DNA of 63,624 nt, counting the filler, from Phoronis australis (Eukaryota; Animalia; Phoronida): NCBI GenBank assembly GCA_002633005.1. It is 7 parts of 7 records of this genome, joined end to end, with 100 filler letters (N's around TTAATTAATTAA, not from the genome) between each part and the next. Parts side by side here need not be neighbours in the genome. Positions count along the whole stretch, not along the records: positions 27,437 to 50,404 come from NMRA01001116.1; positions 50,505 to 53,681 come from NMRA01003167.1; 5 more parts are not named here. The stretch is one strand, 5' to 3'. The number at the start of each line of letters is the position of its first letter. Position 1 is the first letter of the stretch. This document shows positions 37,961 through 51,231 of the stretch, in pieces. The notes below the pieces were generated by a model, which saw only the letters and a list, made by a program, of their open reading frames with translations, was not told where the DNA came from and made no database searches. A program made the position numbers and the translations under genes.

Positions 37961-39238
37961 ATGCTGTGAAGGGGATAACGATTTTGGTTGAATGCTGAAA
38001 AAAACGTAACTTATTTTGCAATACCAACAGCTAACATAACATAATAATAGTGAAACGCATGAGTGCACCCAGGGGGGTCTCGGGGGCTCGAAGGAGCCTC
38101 CTCATTTGGCGGGTCCGCCGAGAAAAAAGTCCATTAATTTTAAAGAAGGCAGGAGTCTGCGAATGCAAAATTCATTGCCCTGCCGTAGGCTACGTACGCC
38201 GTTTTTTTTTTTGAAGTAACGGTCCACATTCTCAAGAATTCGAACCCCCTCATATTTTAGGCTGGATGCCTTGCATGCCAGTGGAAACAGTCAAGGGCCT
38301 GCATGCCACCAAAAGTGAGACGGTGGTGCGCTAGACTAAGGTTTATTGAAGTTGCCTGCGCGTTCGTCACTACTTGAGGATAGCTAAAAACTAGTATAAT
38401 CGGCTAGAAGTCAATTCATTTTTTATTTCCTTTTCATAGCCACATGAGGGGCATCTCGGTAAAATATTTAGGAAGGCTGTGAAACTTTATGTGTAGAAGC
38501 GGCACGCTAAAATTTGAGACTAAGTCCAGCCGTTCCGCAGACGTAGGAAGTCACTTGGAAACTAAGTATAACTGAGGCCATTCCTGCAACGAAATTAATC
38601 TTGTGAGAACTACCAGGATGGTTGAATACATGTATGACCTTGTACGAGAGCGCCGCGGGCACTACTCAATTTGAAAGCCCGTGCAGGCAGCCCCGCACCA
38701 AAAAATCAAATAATAGGCTACTTTAGACTTCTGCCGAGTATGAACATGAGACCCGAGTGTACTCAACTATATTTCTGACCGACCGACGGCAGGGTGACAG
38801 CTAGAGAATGAATTCGAAAAAGGAAACCTATTTAGGGATGTGTTTCTAGGAAAAACATCTTTTGGGAGTCAGTCCCATATCGCCCGATGCTCAGGTAATA
38901 ACCACTTTCCACCAGATGTCAGGCGTGTCCGTTTCGATTTTTATCTCTCCACTTCAAAAACTGGTATCTTTCCACTTTGCGAAGAAGTGAACAGCGACGA
39001 AAGCACACAACAGTGTTATCTGTTATTTCAAAGGCACTACGATCTTCAACTCTGAGTCTATGCGCAGAAGGTACTTATTGCACCATGTTTTTTGGGATGG
39101 CCGAACTAAAGTCTTTACGCTCGGTAATTACATCGCTCTGAATGCCGCAGCCAACCGAGGCCGAGGGGTTAAGTCACATGTTGTCATACTCACTACTCTA
39201 CTGGTTCTGGCCAACAGAGGCGATGGTCATTGCCTACT

Positions 39239-39338
39239 CACAGGCATCCTCAGCTTCTGATCGTCCCCAATACACTATATAATACTACGTAGTATTATAT
39301 ATGTGTATTGGGCCGATCAGAAGCTGAGGACGCCTGTG
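39239..39338. mobile_element. 100-bp hairpin MITE with CAC...GTG ends and a 3-bp TSD (ACT)
   Basis: Near-perfect palindrome cacaggcatcctcagcttctgatcg...gatcagaagctgaggacgcctgtg; ACT at 39236-39238 and 39339-39341; a half copy lies at about 6639-6690. Confidence 0.8.
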
Positions 39339-42179
39339 ACTCTACTGAGTCATATATATATAGTGTGCAGCCTGTTGGGACTCGAGGAGCCGAGGCGGTG
39401 GTGCTATACGTGAACTTGGAATCCTGCTTAATCTCGGGAGTGAGTGTTGCATGAACTTCGAATACGCAAGGCAATTTGACCATAGGTATTAGTAAAGAGA
39501 TTCGCGACTCCGTGAAGTCTCGCGGCCTAACGCAAAAGTACGTGAGCAGGATTCAAAACTTCCGGTCTCATGACTAAGCGTAGTATCGAAGGTGAACTTT
39601 GGTTTTATTTCGCGCACGTCAAGCAAATTTTTGAATTTGAAATTAGTCTGTTGTCTTTAATGCAAACTAAATCGCGTATGCGAGCCATTCAAGTCGGATT
39701 ATTGCTACGAAACGTGTCGGAATAAACTTGACAAGTTGTTGTTGATCGGACGCCTGCTGGCACAGTTCAGCACACGAATCGAGGAGTTTGGCCCAATGAA
39801 AAGGTTGAGCTAAATGGATAATTTTTTTCACTAGTTGAATTCTCAGTCGTTTACGATGAAATTTAGTTTGGATTTTGTGATTTTGTATGAATTTTGGCTC
39901 GACCTAATTGTAGTTTCTCATTCGTCACTACGTTTAGAATACATAAGCCATACTTAACCAATATAGGCCTATTTATCCAAAATTCAGCAACAGCGAAAGT
40001 TTGCCATTTTTCATGATTTTCAGAAGCTCATATATATTAGCATGAAAAGTGGTGGAAAATGAAAAGTATGCTAGCGAAACATTTAAACTTTCTTCTTTAT
40101 ATTGATATCCGTTTCAAAAAATAGGGCATTCATGAATATTTTTAAAAATCGAAGTACTGCAGAACTTGAGAAGGGGATGAATTTTCAGTTGCTAAATAGC
40201 AGTTACTGAACCGATTTTAATGATATGTATATCCAGGGGCGGATCCAGGATTTTGTGTTAGGGAGACCAGAGAGGAGTGTTAGCCAGGATTTTGTCATTC
40301 AGACATTGGCACTCCCGATCTGCCAAATGGAATCTGGGGGAATTTTAGGGGGGGGTGTAGTCCTCTTGGCCCCCTCTAATTCGGCTATTGATGTCAAACT
40401 GTTTGTTAAAAAATTCTGCCTTAAGTGTACATTTTTATTTGTTTTTATAAAAGTATGGGAAAATGTAGTTTTTTTCAATTTAATGCCTTGTCAAATTCTA
40501 ACCTGGAAAAATCCTGCAAATGTACTCTCAAGGTAACAATTACTATCGTGTCCTAATCCATTCCTCATCATTTTTTTCACTTCATCTCATCATTTCCATT
40601 TAGCAATACTTCAAAAAAGGTAAATTCAGTCATTTTTCAAGAACCTTGCTGACCTTTCTAGGGTTAAAACTGAACTCAAATTTGATTGGTCAAATGGATT
40701 AAACAGAACCAGTCAAAACTTCCCTAAATTACATAAAGTGACCCAAATTGGTGAAATATTTTCCTTTAAACAGTACAGAATATTTTTAATTTCAGTTTGG
40801 GGATAGATTCAGTCTATTTTTTCAAAAATAATTTTGTTACACGTTTTCTACTTTGTGGTGTTGCTGTGATCAGTTTCATTTTTAAAAAATATATTTTGCA
40901 TTAAAATAATTGTTTATTCAAGGCTGCAGTGCATCAAAACCGTTTAGAATACGAGTATGCTCTTTTTGGGTGGTCACTAACACAACGCCTCTCAATTCCT
41001 ATATTATTTGACAGGAATAAAGTGGATTTAAATTTCATTGAAATTTTATTGTCCAATTAAATTTTGTTTAATTAAAAATGCACATGATCATTTTTATCAT
41101 ATGGTGCGTAACTTAAAATTGTGAAAACATTGATCTCACTTGGGGAAAAAGAATAATTCATATTAACCTCAAAGATTTTTGAATAAATGACGAAATACTC
41201 TGAAAGACTATGTTTCTGGTTTTTGCTATTTTTGAATTCATTTGTTACACCAATTTCATTTTTAGAATTGTTTTGAAATATTTCGGAGCAAAAGAAATAT
41301 TTTCACCGAACCCTGGTAATTCTTGAAGTGTTTTGTCATTTAAAAGTGGTTTGGTGACGATGTCATGTTGTTAACCTAATTGCAAAGGACTCTCTATCTT
41401 GTTTTAGCAACAAAGTAAGCTATGGATTCCCAAATATAGTTGTCTAAATTTGATATTTTTGTGGCCTGAAATTTTTGGGTGCTATTTGCTGAAAAAGGCT
41501 ATTTTTGAGGCTGTAAAACTTAAATAACTCGAGAGCCGCCTAAACAATTTGAAAAATATATATAAAGGCATGTCTAAAGCTATCATTTTAGACCATTGAA
41601 GTGTTTCTGATGAAATTTGTATTTTGCTTTGCTCTGACACATCTATTTTGTAAAACATAGTATGCAAAGGGTGTTTTTGTATTCCTTCTCAGAAATGTGT
41701 GCAACACTGACTTTATGTAATGCTGTTTTGTTTTTTCCCGTTTGTAAAAATCAATTCCATGTATATTCGTGTTGCCATTTTTCACTTAAAAATTGTAAAG
41801 TAAGGCAGGGTAATCTCAGACCCCTGTTACTTACTCATTGGAACTGGGAAAATAAAAAAATGAAAAATCAGATGAAGACGTTCCTGGCGTTAATAAATCA
41901 TTACATGTCTGAATTATCTTGTGAATGTTTTAAATGATTTGACAGAGAACAGTATACGCATTTTAATTTTACAAGTCTTAAAAACTCCAAAAAATCTAGC
42001 AATTCGACTCATTACTTTACCAAATCTTGAAACGAGGGAACGACCGCTCCGTAAGACCGGAAGTTTTCTATCCTGCGTTTGCAGCGCCCTCGCATCGTTA
42101 GTGCTTATATCCCTTGGTCCCTGACATGCCCAACGCGCTCTAACGGGAGTTGGCAGTCCCTATCTATAGTCTATGATTA

Positions 42180-42278
42180 CACGGTTGCATCTGTACCATT
42201 CGACGCTAATATTGTAGTATAATATATACATGTATATTTATACCACAATATTAGCCTCGAGTGGCAGATACAACCGTG
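42180..42278. mobile_element. 99-bp hairpin MITE with CAC...GTG ends
   Basis: cacggttgcatctg...ctaatattgtagtata pairs with tataccacaatattag...cagatacaaccgtg; no clear TSD. Confidence 0.65.
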
Positions 42279-43716
42279 AAATAACCCGTTCAGTATGTGG
42301 TACAAATGGATTATTACATGTTCTCAGTCGTTATCCCCCTTAGCTTGAGCCCGAGTGGATTTTGGAGAATTATCGCCCGACTTCGCCATGTAATAATCTA
42401 TATATATATATATATCATATCATATTATACGATTTGTTCTCTGAAAAATGTTAATAAAAGACAACTTGCAAATACGTAAAGGCAATTTTAAAGGACTTCA
42501 TTAATTTTGTGTATTGTCACCAGTACGCACACCAACCGAGATTATCTTTAAACACTTAGCTCGACGTCCAAAATTCGATTGTTTTCAATCAATCGATAAA
42601 GAGCGTGAATAAACAGTTGTCCGTTTACTTAGTGGTGTGACTTCATGTGCAAGGATACAACACCGTTCCTGAAATAAAATAATTCTTTTCCGTTTCAGTT
42701 TCATTAATCATGTCAACAGCTAACGTCACACTATACTCGATAAGAAGCATTTTCCGAGATCAGCCTCAGCTCGGAGCCGAACTTAACAAATTCTTGCGTC
42801 GCAGGCAAACGTTTTGTTACCTACGTTTAATACCGGCATCAGTTTGTGGGAGAGTTTTGAAGTGTACTTTCATTGGTGACGTCACAAATCTTGACTTCAG
42901 AGAATGTGTGGCAAATAACGGCGTTAACTGGAGATTTGTTATAAAATCGCAACGCTTAATTTTGTGTTTTTATAGGTCTGTTCAAAGCTTATAAGTTCAA
43001 AAACTTGATTCCACTCAATCCAAAGCTTGCGTTTTTCGGTCGTGAAAATGATAACGTTCCTTTAAACAATGTGTTTTGTTTTGATGATAATGAAAATCTT
43101 AAGTATGCAACGAATTTTAAGAGCGACAATTTCAATAAAAAAGAGACTAAGTAATCACTATTTAATTCATTAATTTACTGTTTATTAAATAATCAGTAAT
43201 TCCAGTTAGAGTTCCAAAAACTAACAAAACTTGATATATTGCATTTATGCGGACTATTTGAAGTTAGAAATATGTTAACTGCACACTTGAGAATACTATG
43301 ATCACAGTTATTTCATATTGTAGAAATATGATAATGTTATTGACGTCGTGAATAGAATTTTTGTATTAAAAATATAGAACAGCTCACAATCTTTACAACA
43401 CGTGTTTCACTCGAACACAAATGTGAGAAAATGCGTTTAAGATGATTAAATGTCGCCGCGCACAACAACGCACAGGTAAAGCGGGTTTGTAAAAAAGGTA
43501 AACGCAAGCATTTAACAGCATAACTACAATGATTATTCAAATACACGACACCTTCACGTATAAATGTGCTGATTTTTTTCAAAGTTTTATGGGATTTTTT
43601 TTAGACAAAATACGTCCAATATTACTTTGTCGTCTGCACACAAAGTTACATACAGACTTGAAGAATTTCAAACAGTTATTTCACAAAACATTTCATCAAA
43701 ACATAATCACAAACAT

Positions 43717-45556
43717 TTATTCAACCAGGTGATGGTAAAGGTGTGTTAAATTGGATATCAAGATAACTAAACTCTTCTCATCACCTTCACTCTCCAGTAC
43801 ATACACCTGCCCTGGGCCTGATGGACATATGGCTGTAGGCCAGTCCACATCATCCTTCGTGGCGATCACGTGGTGTGCACGTGCAGGGTTCAATAGATGT
43901 ATACACTGATTGTCACTGAACATGTCCCAGTCAGCCAGGAGAATGTTGCTGAAGTGATCCACACACACACCGCACTGCCCACCCAGTCCTTGGCCGATTG
44001 TGTGTATAACGGCCGGCTGTGTTGGGTCAATCACGTACACACGTAGGGGTGTCATGTGGCTCACCACCACATGTCCAATGTTCTCATCCAAACATATATA
44101 GTTTGGTGAGAACTTACTCAGACCCAGGTAGCGGGCGTCTATTTGTTAATGGACCTTACAATCAAAGTCGGTGTACAACACCCGTCCACCCTGTGTATCC
44201 GCCACATCAGCTGGTCTGCGTGACATGTAATACACCCCTCACCTTTATACACACCTGGGTAGACCTTCACCAGTTGACCTCTGGCATCATACTTGACAAC
44301 ACAGTGTATGCCGCGGTCGGAGATGAAGATCTCACCAAGTCCATTACATGTCACATCACGAGGGGAGTGCAGTCGGTGCTGGGCGGTGTTTAACGTTAAT
44401 TTGAATGACAAGGTGTTTTTATTAAACACCTTGACATTCTTGTTGATACAGTCCGTTACAACCACCACCCCATCACCCACTGCCAGCCCCCAACAACCGC
44501 CTTCCCTCTCCCCTTCAAGCGGACTGCTAAATCTCCGCTCAAGTTGAACGTGTTTAACAGCCAGTTGAGGGGTCACACGGTGGACAGGTGATTTACTGGA
44601 AACTGCAACAACTGAGGCAGAATTTTCAGAAAAAAATGGATGAAATATTTTCGTCTTCCATTTCTTTTCATAAGATTCACAGCTACATTTGGAACTGCAA
44701 TTGTCACAGGTTGTATTCAAAGACTGATTTTTCAACCCACTTCTCGATTTGATCAATATTGAAGTTTTTAAGAAGAGACGTAATCTCATTAAATTGTTGC
44801 AGTTTCTCAGCGTCATGACACGACTCAAGAACATTATTTACATAATCATATACGCTAGCAAACTTCGCCCTCTTCAATTCAGCCTCATCAGAAGCAGCTT
44901 CTGCCCGTTTTCTCGCCGTCTCTACTTGTTTTTCCAACTCTGCAATAGCTTTCTCTTCATTAACCTTGACTTGACGAGTGATCTCCGCCAGGAAATCACT
45001 ATAAACACGTTTAATCTCATTCTTACAAGCTTTTTGTTGCTGGGCATAACTTTGTGCAACTTGCTGTCGTTTATCACGCAACATTTCCCAGTGCTGCGTA
45101 ACATCTCGCCAAGGTTTCAACAAATCACGCATCAACTCAATGGCCTTTTGCAGCAACGTCTAAATCTTTGAGATCGTGTGTCTTATTACTTGAAGTTGCG
45201 CATCGTGAACACATGGCCACCTTGCACTGTTCACAGTACATTTCCAAAAGCCGGTCTCCATGAGCTGAACAATGCATTTTATTCCTGCTGCCATTATTCG
45301 AAACAACGTCACAGATACCCGCATGAAAAAGTTATGTTGGGAAGCCAGTGGCACCTTCTCTTGGAACAGGAAATTGTTTTTTGCACAGCGGACATGGAAA
45401 TTCAACAGTGCGCCCCTGTTCTATCATGTGATTGTTCAAGCAGTCTTTGCAAAATGAGTGAAGACATGGCAAAATCCTCTGGTCACTGGATCGCTCAAAA
45501 CACACGGGGCACTCTACCAGTCGACGCAGCTGGGCAACTGGATCGTTCGACGCCAT
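43717..45556 (-). pseudogene. TRIM-NHL (RING, B-box, coiled coil, NHL repeats) E3 ligase pseudogene, single coding exon
   Basis: RING CPVCFE..LPCLHSFCKDC..CPLC; B-box CSAHGDRLLEMYCEQCKVAMCSRC; coiled coil 44704-45156; NHL repeats (CWGLAVGDGVVVVTD, SPRDVTCNGLGEIFISD, WPTAICP). The domains lie in different frames with several frameshifts and stops. A splice acceptor lies just upstream of the ATG. Confidence 0.88.
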
Positions 45557-48500
45557 GTCCTGCAAACAGAAATTAATTATATTTACTCAAGACATGATTT
45601 CAGCTTCACACCTGTGTTTTTCAACAAACTAACCTTTGATAACTGATAGACGTTAAACTGGGTCTTATCATTATCGAAGGTCATTCATTTTGTGGTACAT
45701 AGAACTAAAACAGCCCTTAGCAAGTTTTAAAATGCATTAAAATACAAATTCAACAACAGCGGTTGTTCATCAGAGCAAAACGTTGACTGTAGTTCACATT
45801 CGTTCTGATGAACATTTAACAATAACCATCTTGAGGTTATATTGAACCTTAATGCCAAATCTGTACACTTAGCCAAATATCTGTAAAACTATAGAATTTA
45901 ACTCTCAGCGAAAGTTTGTAATTTTTGAAAGTCAAATTTACACAGAACGTAAAAGTTGACTTGATACCAATCTGCCATTAATAAACACAAGTAATTATGC
46001 TTTCATCATAAAACTTAGAAAAAGGAAAAGTATATTTAAAGCAAAACAACGACCATAACCTATTTTCATATGATATAAATCCTACCAATAAAATCTCAAC
46101 ATCCTTGTCGTAGTTTTGTCTTAATTGTTGTTTCCTTTTCATTTTATACAACTTTCATTTTTTCACAAACACCAATCCTGCTTTTTGATAGTCCCTAATG
46201 CAAAAGTGGAAATCTTTTGACCAATATTTAACAGTATTTTTAAAACAATGCATAAAGCGTTATAACATTTAGTTACATGTAAATTCGGCCACTTCTGACG
46301 GATGTCAGTGTGTGATGTCCCAGGGGCTATGACGTCATATTTTAGAGCGCGAGCAGTGTAAAAATGTGCAGTTAGACAACTGAGAAGCAAGCGCTGTTCG
46401 AAAAAAATTTGATTACGCGAGTGTTTGCGGTTTGAGTTGAAAGGAAATAAAGACATCTGATAGTCTCCTAGGTTACAAATACCAATATAATCAATGTGAG
46501 ACATAATTTGCCAAAAAGCTTGCGGCCAATGGAGGGCCTTTGGGATGCCTTCGTCGATCTCCACTGTGGCCAGCTGAGAAGGTGGTGCTGTCTAAGGCTA
46601 GCCTAGACACAAACTTACAGCAAGCTACACAAGACAACTAGCTGTATGAAGACAAACAGCTTTACATCAAGGTTAGTTAGCTTGTAGCAAGGCTTAGTAA
46701 GTAAGAAAATACATGAATTGTTTATTACTTACATATTGTTAGGGAAAATAGGACAAGAAAACATTCAACATTACCGCATTCCAAATTGAACTACAATTAT
46801 ACCTTGAATTATGTATGAAGACAAAACATATGAAATTTGTACAATAAAAACGAACTTTATTTCATATAACAATTTGAAAAGACACTGTTATACACGAAGT
46901 GCAACTTAGAAAGGAGCATTTTATTTCCAAAATACTAGCTAGCATTCTACAACTTTATAACAGTACAACACCAAGGGACAACGTAACAATTCATGTCTAC
47001 GCCGTCATGTACGCGTTCTTCTAGAAAGTTCGTCCGGTGATTCCACAGTAGAACTCTTTGGCATGACATATGATTGGGGCTTAAAAGGTGTCGTGGATGC
47101 TTAACTTCAAAAAAGTATATTCTTAATCTTTACAAACTTTCATTTAGATTCATGATAGCGTAATACTGAAACAAAACGACTGTAGTTTCCCGCCTAACAC
47201 TGAACAGACTTCTGTCGACACGTCCGACTGCTGTGAAGTAACTTCGTGATCTGCGCCAAGATACTGTGTAACTGCAATATCTTTGTCTGCGCTTACAGGG
47301 TCACGCGCGTTTATTTATAGCAATGACTCTTTTTGTCCTGGCGATTTTCCAAATGGGTCATCCGAGTCAATTTGTTTGGCACAGAGGCTTCTAACGCAAA
47401 TATTGTAGTCAAATTCATAAACTGGTTAGCCTACTGAATCTCTCTTCAGAAATCAAGCTCACCCGGGTTATTGCAACGCCGTCAGGTGTTGCCCTCTGAC
47501 GGTCGCTACGGTATATGTACGTCTTTAGGTGACAAGACTGTTTCGTCAGTTCACGAGTTAAAGGTAGCCCAAGAAATGAAAACCAATTATTAAAAAACTG
47601 GAATGGCCTCTGGGTATTGTTTTCGATGGTAAAAAATACAGTTGCATAATGTCGTGGTTTTCGTCAAAAACCCGCTAGGGGAAGTAACCTGACTGGATGT
47701 AGGTAAGAGACATTGAAGTGATCACGTACAAAATGAATGCCGTGCGAATGAAAAGACGGTGTTCTTCTTAGTTTTGACTGTCACCAACAGTTTCACAGGC
47801 TTGTGACCCTCCCTCTGCATGTAGTCACTAATATTGACTAAAATTCACGTCCCCTGACTGGCCGCCTGCCTGCCTGCTTGCTCCTGGGTGTCCCTGTGAG
47901 CCGCCAATCCGTGCACAACGCCTTACCCGAGAAAATCTCTGCGACATAATAGATGGGACAACAATATCAACAAGAACACTGAGCTAGAATGTCCAAATCC
48001 ATGACAGAACAGAAAATTAACCACACATTATATGCAACAGCCGACTATTGAAACAGCTCAGTGGTTTTATGATCAACTGGAATTATTGTTACATGTATGT
48101 TCTCAAATTTACAAAACGCAACTTTCAGTGCTTTATATTTCAAAACTGCCAATGCCAATATTAGCTAAACAAAGATACATGTTGGGTCCAATGTCGTCAA
48201 GTTACTGGCTAACGTCAGAAATCTTGAACTTTACTAACAACGATTACTGTATTCTCGGTCATCTTCACATTCTTCATCACTTTCATGTGCCCTGGCCGCT
48301 TAGCAAAGGTTTTCAGCGCCCGTGGGCAATAATACCATGATGCAAACCTCAGTTTGTCCATCATTATAAAAGATTTGTGATTCAGATTCTATTTTAAACC
48401 TACACTGAATTCTCCGTTACGGACGAGAACTAAATAGTGTCTGCATTTAACAGGGAGATTTCTTGTGTGCCAGCATGCCTTCTGACACAGCGCCGCCTAA

Positions 48501-49202
48501 GCTGAAAAGTTGTACATGTCACAGCACTGTGAAAGAGTGTAGTGTACAACTTTGTCTCTCCAGGCAGTCGGTAAAAGCAGTTCAAAGCTGGTCGTAAACG
48601 ATACTGACGAAAATCTTTTTGATTCGCTTTTGCTCTAGCTGTTTCAATCGACAAATCGCGTAAAATATTAGACTTGCCAAAGTGCGCCGGATTAGTCATG
48701 CCAAGTTGATTAGGCATCCCCATCACGTTCCTACAGAGTGTAGTGTGGTGCCCGGAGGATAGGCAGTCCATGACTGTAAAATGCTGGAGCTTACTACGGC
48801 CTCGCAAGAAACAGGAGCCTCGTCACAGAGATTGACACGGTTTTAAAAACAAGGGCCCCGGCCTCGGATTAGAGGTGAGGCAGTATTAGTTCGTGACAAT
48901 GCTGGTGAACTTAATAACTGCCTCCAGGCTCTAGTGGAAAGGCAGAATCAGACTTGTCTGAAGAGTTTAATGTACAACCCAGAAACAAAACTGCACGTAG
49001 CCTAACTCTGTCTATAAGTTGAGAAAGGATCCAACTAATATTTATTTACTATACATCTGCGCAGTCCTTTCTCACTACAAATTCATTTACAACATACATA
49101 GATGTGACGATAAGTATCTCAAGTAGCTAGCTACCTCAAGCCATTTGATGGATATGACAATCCTGATAAGACCATTTACCCACTGTCCCCACGTCCACCC
49201 AC

Positions 49203-49377
49203 CTCTCTTGACTGCAGTCCACAGCTGGTCCTTACTGGCGCACTGCTCAAAGGAGTATGGCAGTTTCACACTGCCTGCGCAAACATACCAAAACAGGATG
49301 CCAAAGGCATAGACGTCTACGCTGTTGTCATAGCTATGTACCACTGAAGAGCTCTGGTGCCATGTGAATAGGTGTAC
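49203..49377 (-). pseudogene. DSTYK: DSTYK kinase-domain exon with a 4-nt frameshift
   Basis: [13 protein letters not shown] / [44 protein letters not shown] closely matches DSTYK; AG and GT borders present; 175 nt, frame broken near 49331-49340. Confidence 0.85.
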
Positions 49378-51231
49378 CTGAAATTAAGAATTAGTTAAAT
49401 AATCATAAAGAAACCTCAAATTGATAAATCACAGAATAAAATTTTAAGAGAAAAACAAAGAAAGAAATACTAAAAGTCTCTCTTAAGCTGCAGATGTCAA
49501 GTTTCAATGTAAGGTCTTAGACCATACCCTTATAGTAACAACGGCAGAACACGCTACTGAGAGTTAGAAATGTTAGATATTCATGTTCAAATGCCAAATC
49601 AGTCGCCAGTTGTTATCTCATCTATTGATATGCAGATGTCCACGCATGGTACTTGAGAGAAAAGCTTGTGGTTTAGACCGTCAATAAGGGGAGTTAAAGG
49701 CGAAGGCAACATTTTTTCATGTCATTTTGAGCAAAAATAAGGTTCGTTGACTATCTGAGACACATTTTTTCATTAAATTACAGCTTTTCGTAATTTAATT
49801 GATAAATCATCCTCTACTCCGGAAGTGACGTTTTGGGAGGCAAGAATTTCGCGCCAATTTGGTTCTGTGTTGAGTTTACTGTGAGGATCTGTACTACTTT
49901 TGTTGTCGTGCTGTTTTTTAAAATTGTCGCCACTTCTCATCGAGGAGTATTTTACGACAAGCTAGGTTATTAGAGAACTCACTTTCGTTGGTTTTAGGGG
50001 TTGTTTAGTTTGTGTTAATCTGAAAATGGCTAGAGTCGGCGACCCATATCACAGTGACAGTAGAGTAGTGATGCATGTGAGTAACGGAGAGTGTTCATAG
50101 CATTGGTGACGAGGAATTTTTTCACGGACAGTCAGTGGGTGGGTATATGTTTCAGCCCGAGTATAATGATCAGGCAGAGTACTCACAAGCACAACTGTCT
50201 CACTTGCCCGAGTGCCCCGCGACACGCTCCCACTGAGCACACAAACTGCTAACATCCCGCCGTGTGACCCTCTCGCAACACACATGGCACCTTCTAGATA
50301 CATGTAGGTACAATGCTTCAGACAAGTCCGCAATAAACTTATCGAAGTTTGGCTCACCGATCTTTTTATTGGACGACGAATTGTCCTCTTCTCTGGGTAT
50401 CGAANNNNNNNNNNNNNNNNNNNNNNNNNNNNNNNNNNNNNNNNNNNNTTAATTAATTAANNNNNNNNNNNNNNNNNNNNNNNNNNNNNNNNNNNNNNNN
50501 NNNNTAAATTTTCGGCTGTTTTTTTCTACTGGGATGTGGAGGGATGAAATTAGGCGCTCGTCGTATGGAAAAGTACAAAATTATGCCTCCATGCATGAAG
50601 ACAGTGGTTTCAGTATGTAAATATCGCCATGTATGTTATAAAGTGGGGCTTGGGACATTTTGATGCTGTAGCGGAACGCGCGACAAAGCAGTAGTTTCTT
50701 TTCAAAAGTTGAGTAGTCGATTTTGGTAGTTCAGCTACAGTTTCCGATCTTTTGAAGAACTCAACGTTTCAGTTGTTCATCTTTTGGAAACACATTGAGT
50801 CAAATTTAGGCGTTTCACCTATGGTGCTGATGTCGTTTTTCAAGTGCATTATGGGACTGTTGTCAGCTCCTAAACATCTGGTGACTTCACACATTTTGGT
50901 GACATTTGCACGCAGCAGAGTTGAAAGTATGTGTTAACTGCAATGTGGTTTTTGGAGTAAAACTATTCCAAGCATGAACATTCAAACTTAACGTGGCGGA
51001 CAAATTCAGCGTGAGTAGTCAAAATTGGCCGTCTTTTTTCTCTCTTAGTCGTGCCATCCAAGCCATCATTTTTTAAACCGTCTCAATGATGGTTGCTGGA
51101 CGAGTCCCTGGTGCGAAGACCCAGGGGGAAGTTTGGGAGTGGAGGCCCTCGGAGCTTGCTTGGGAAAATCTAATTTAGGGCAAAACATGGCGGACATGAG
51201 AAATTTTTTTTTTTTTTCATTTCCATTAAGA

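Noticed and set aside
47312-47319. TATAAATA on the minus strand as the TRIM promoter
   Set aside because: Spacing to the nearest donor-like site is inconsistent with a first exon, and there is no other support.
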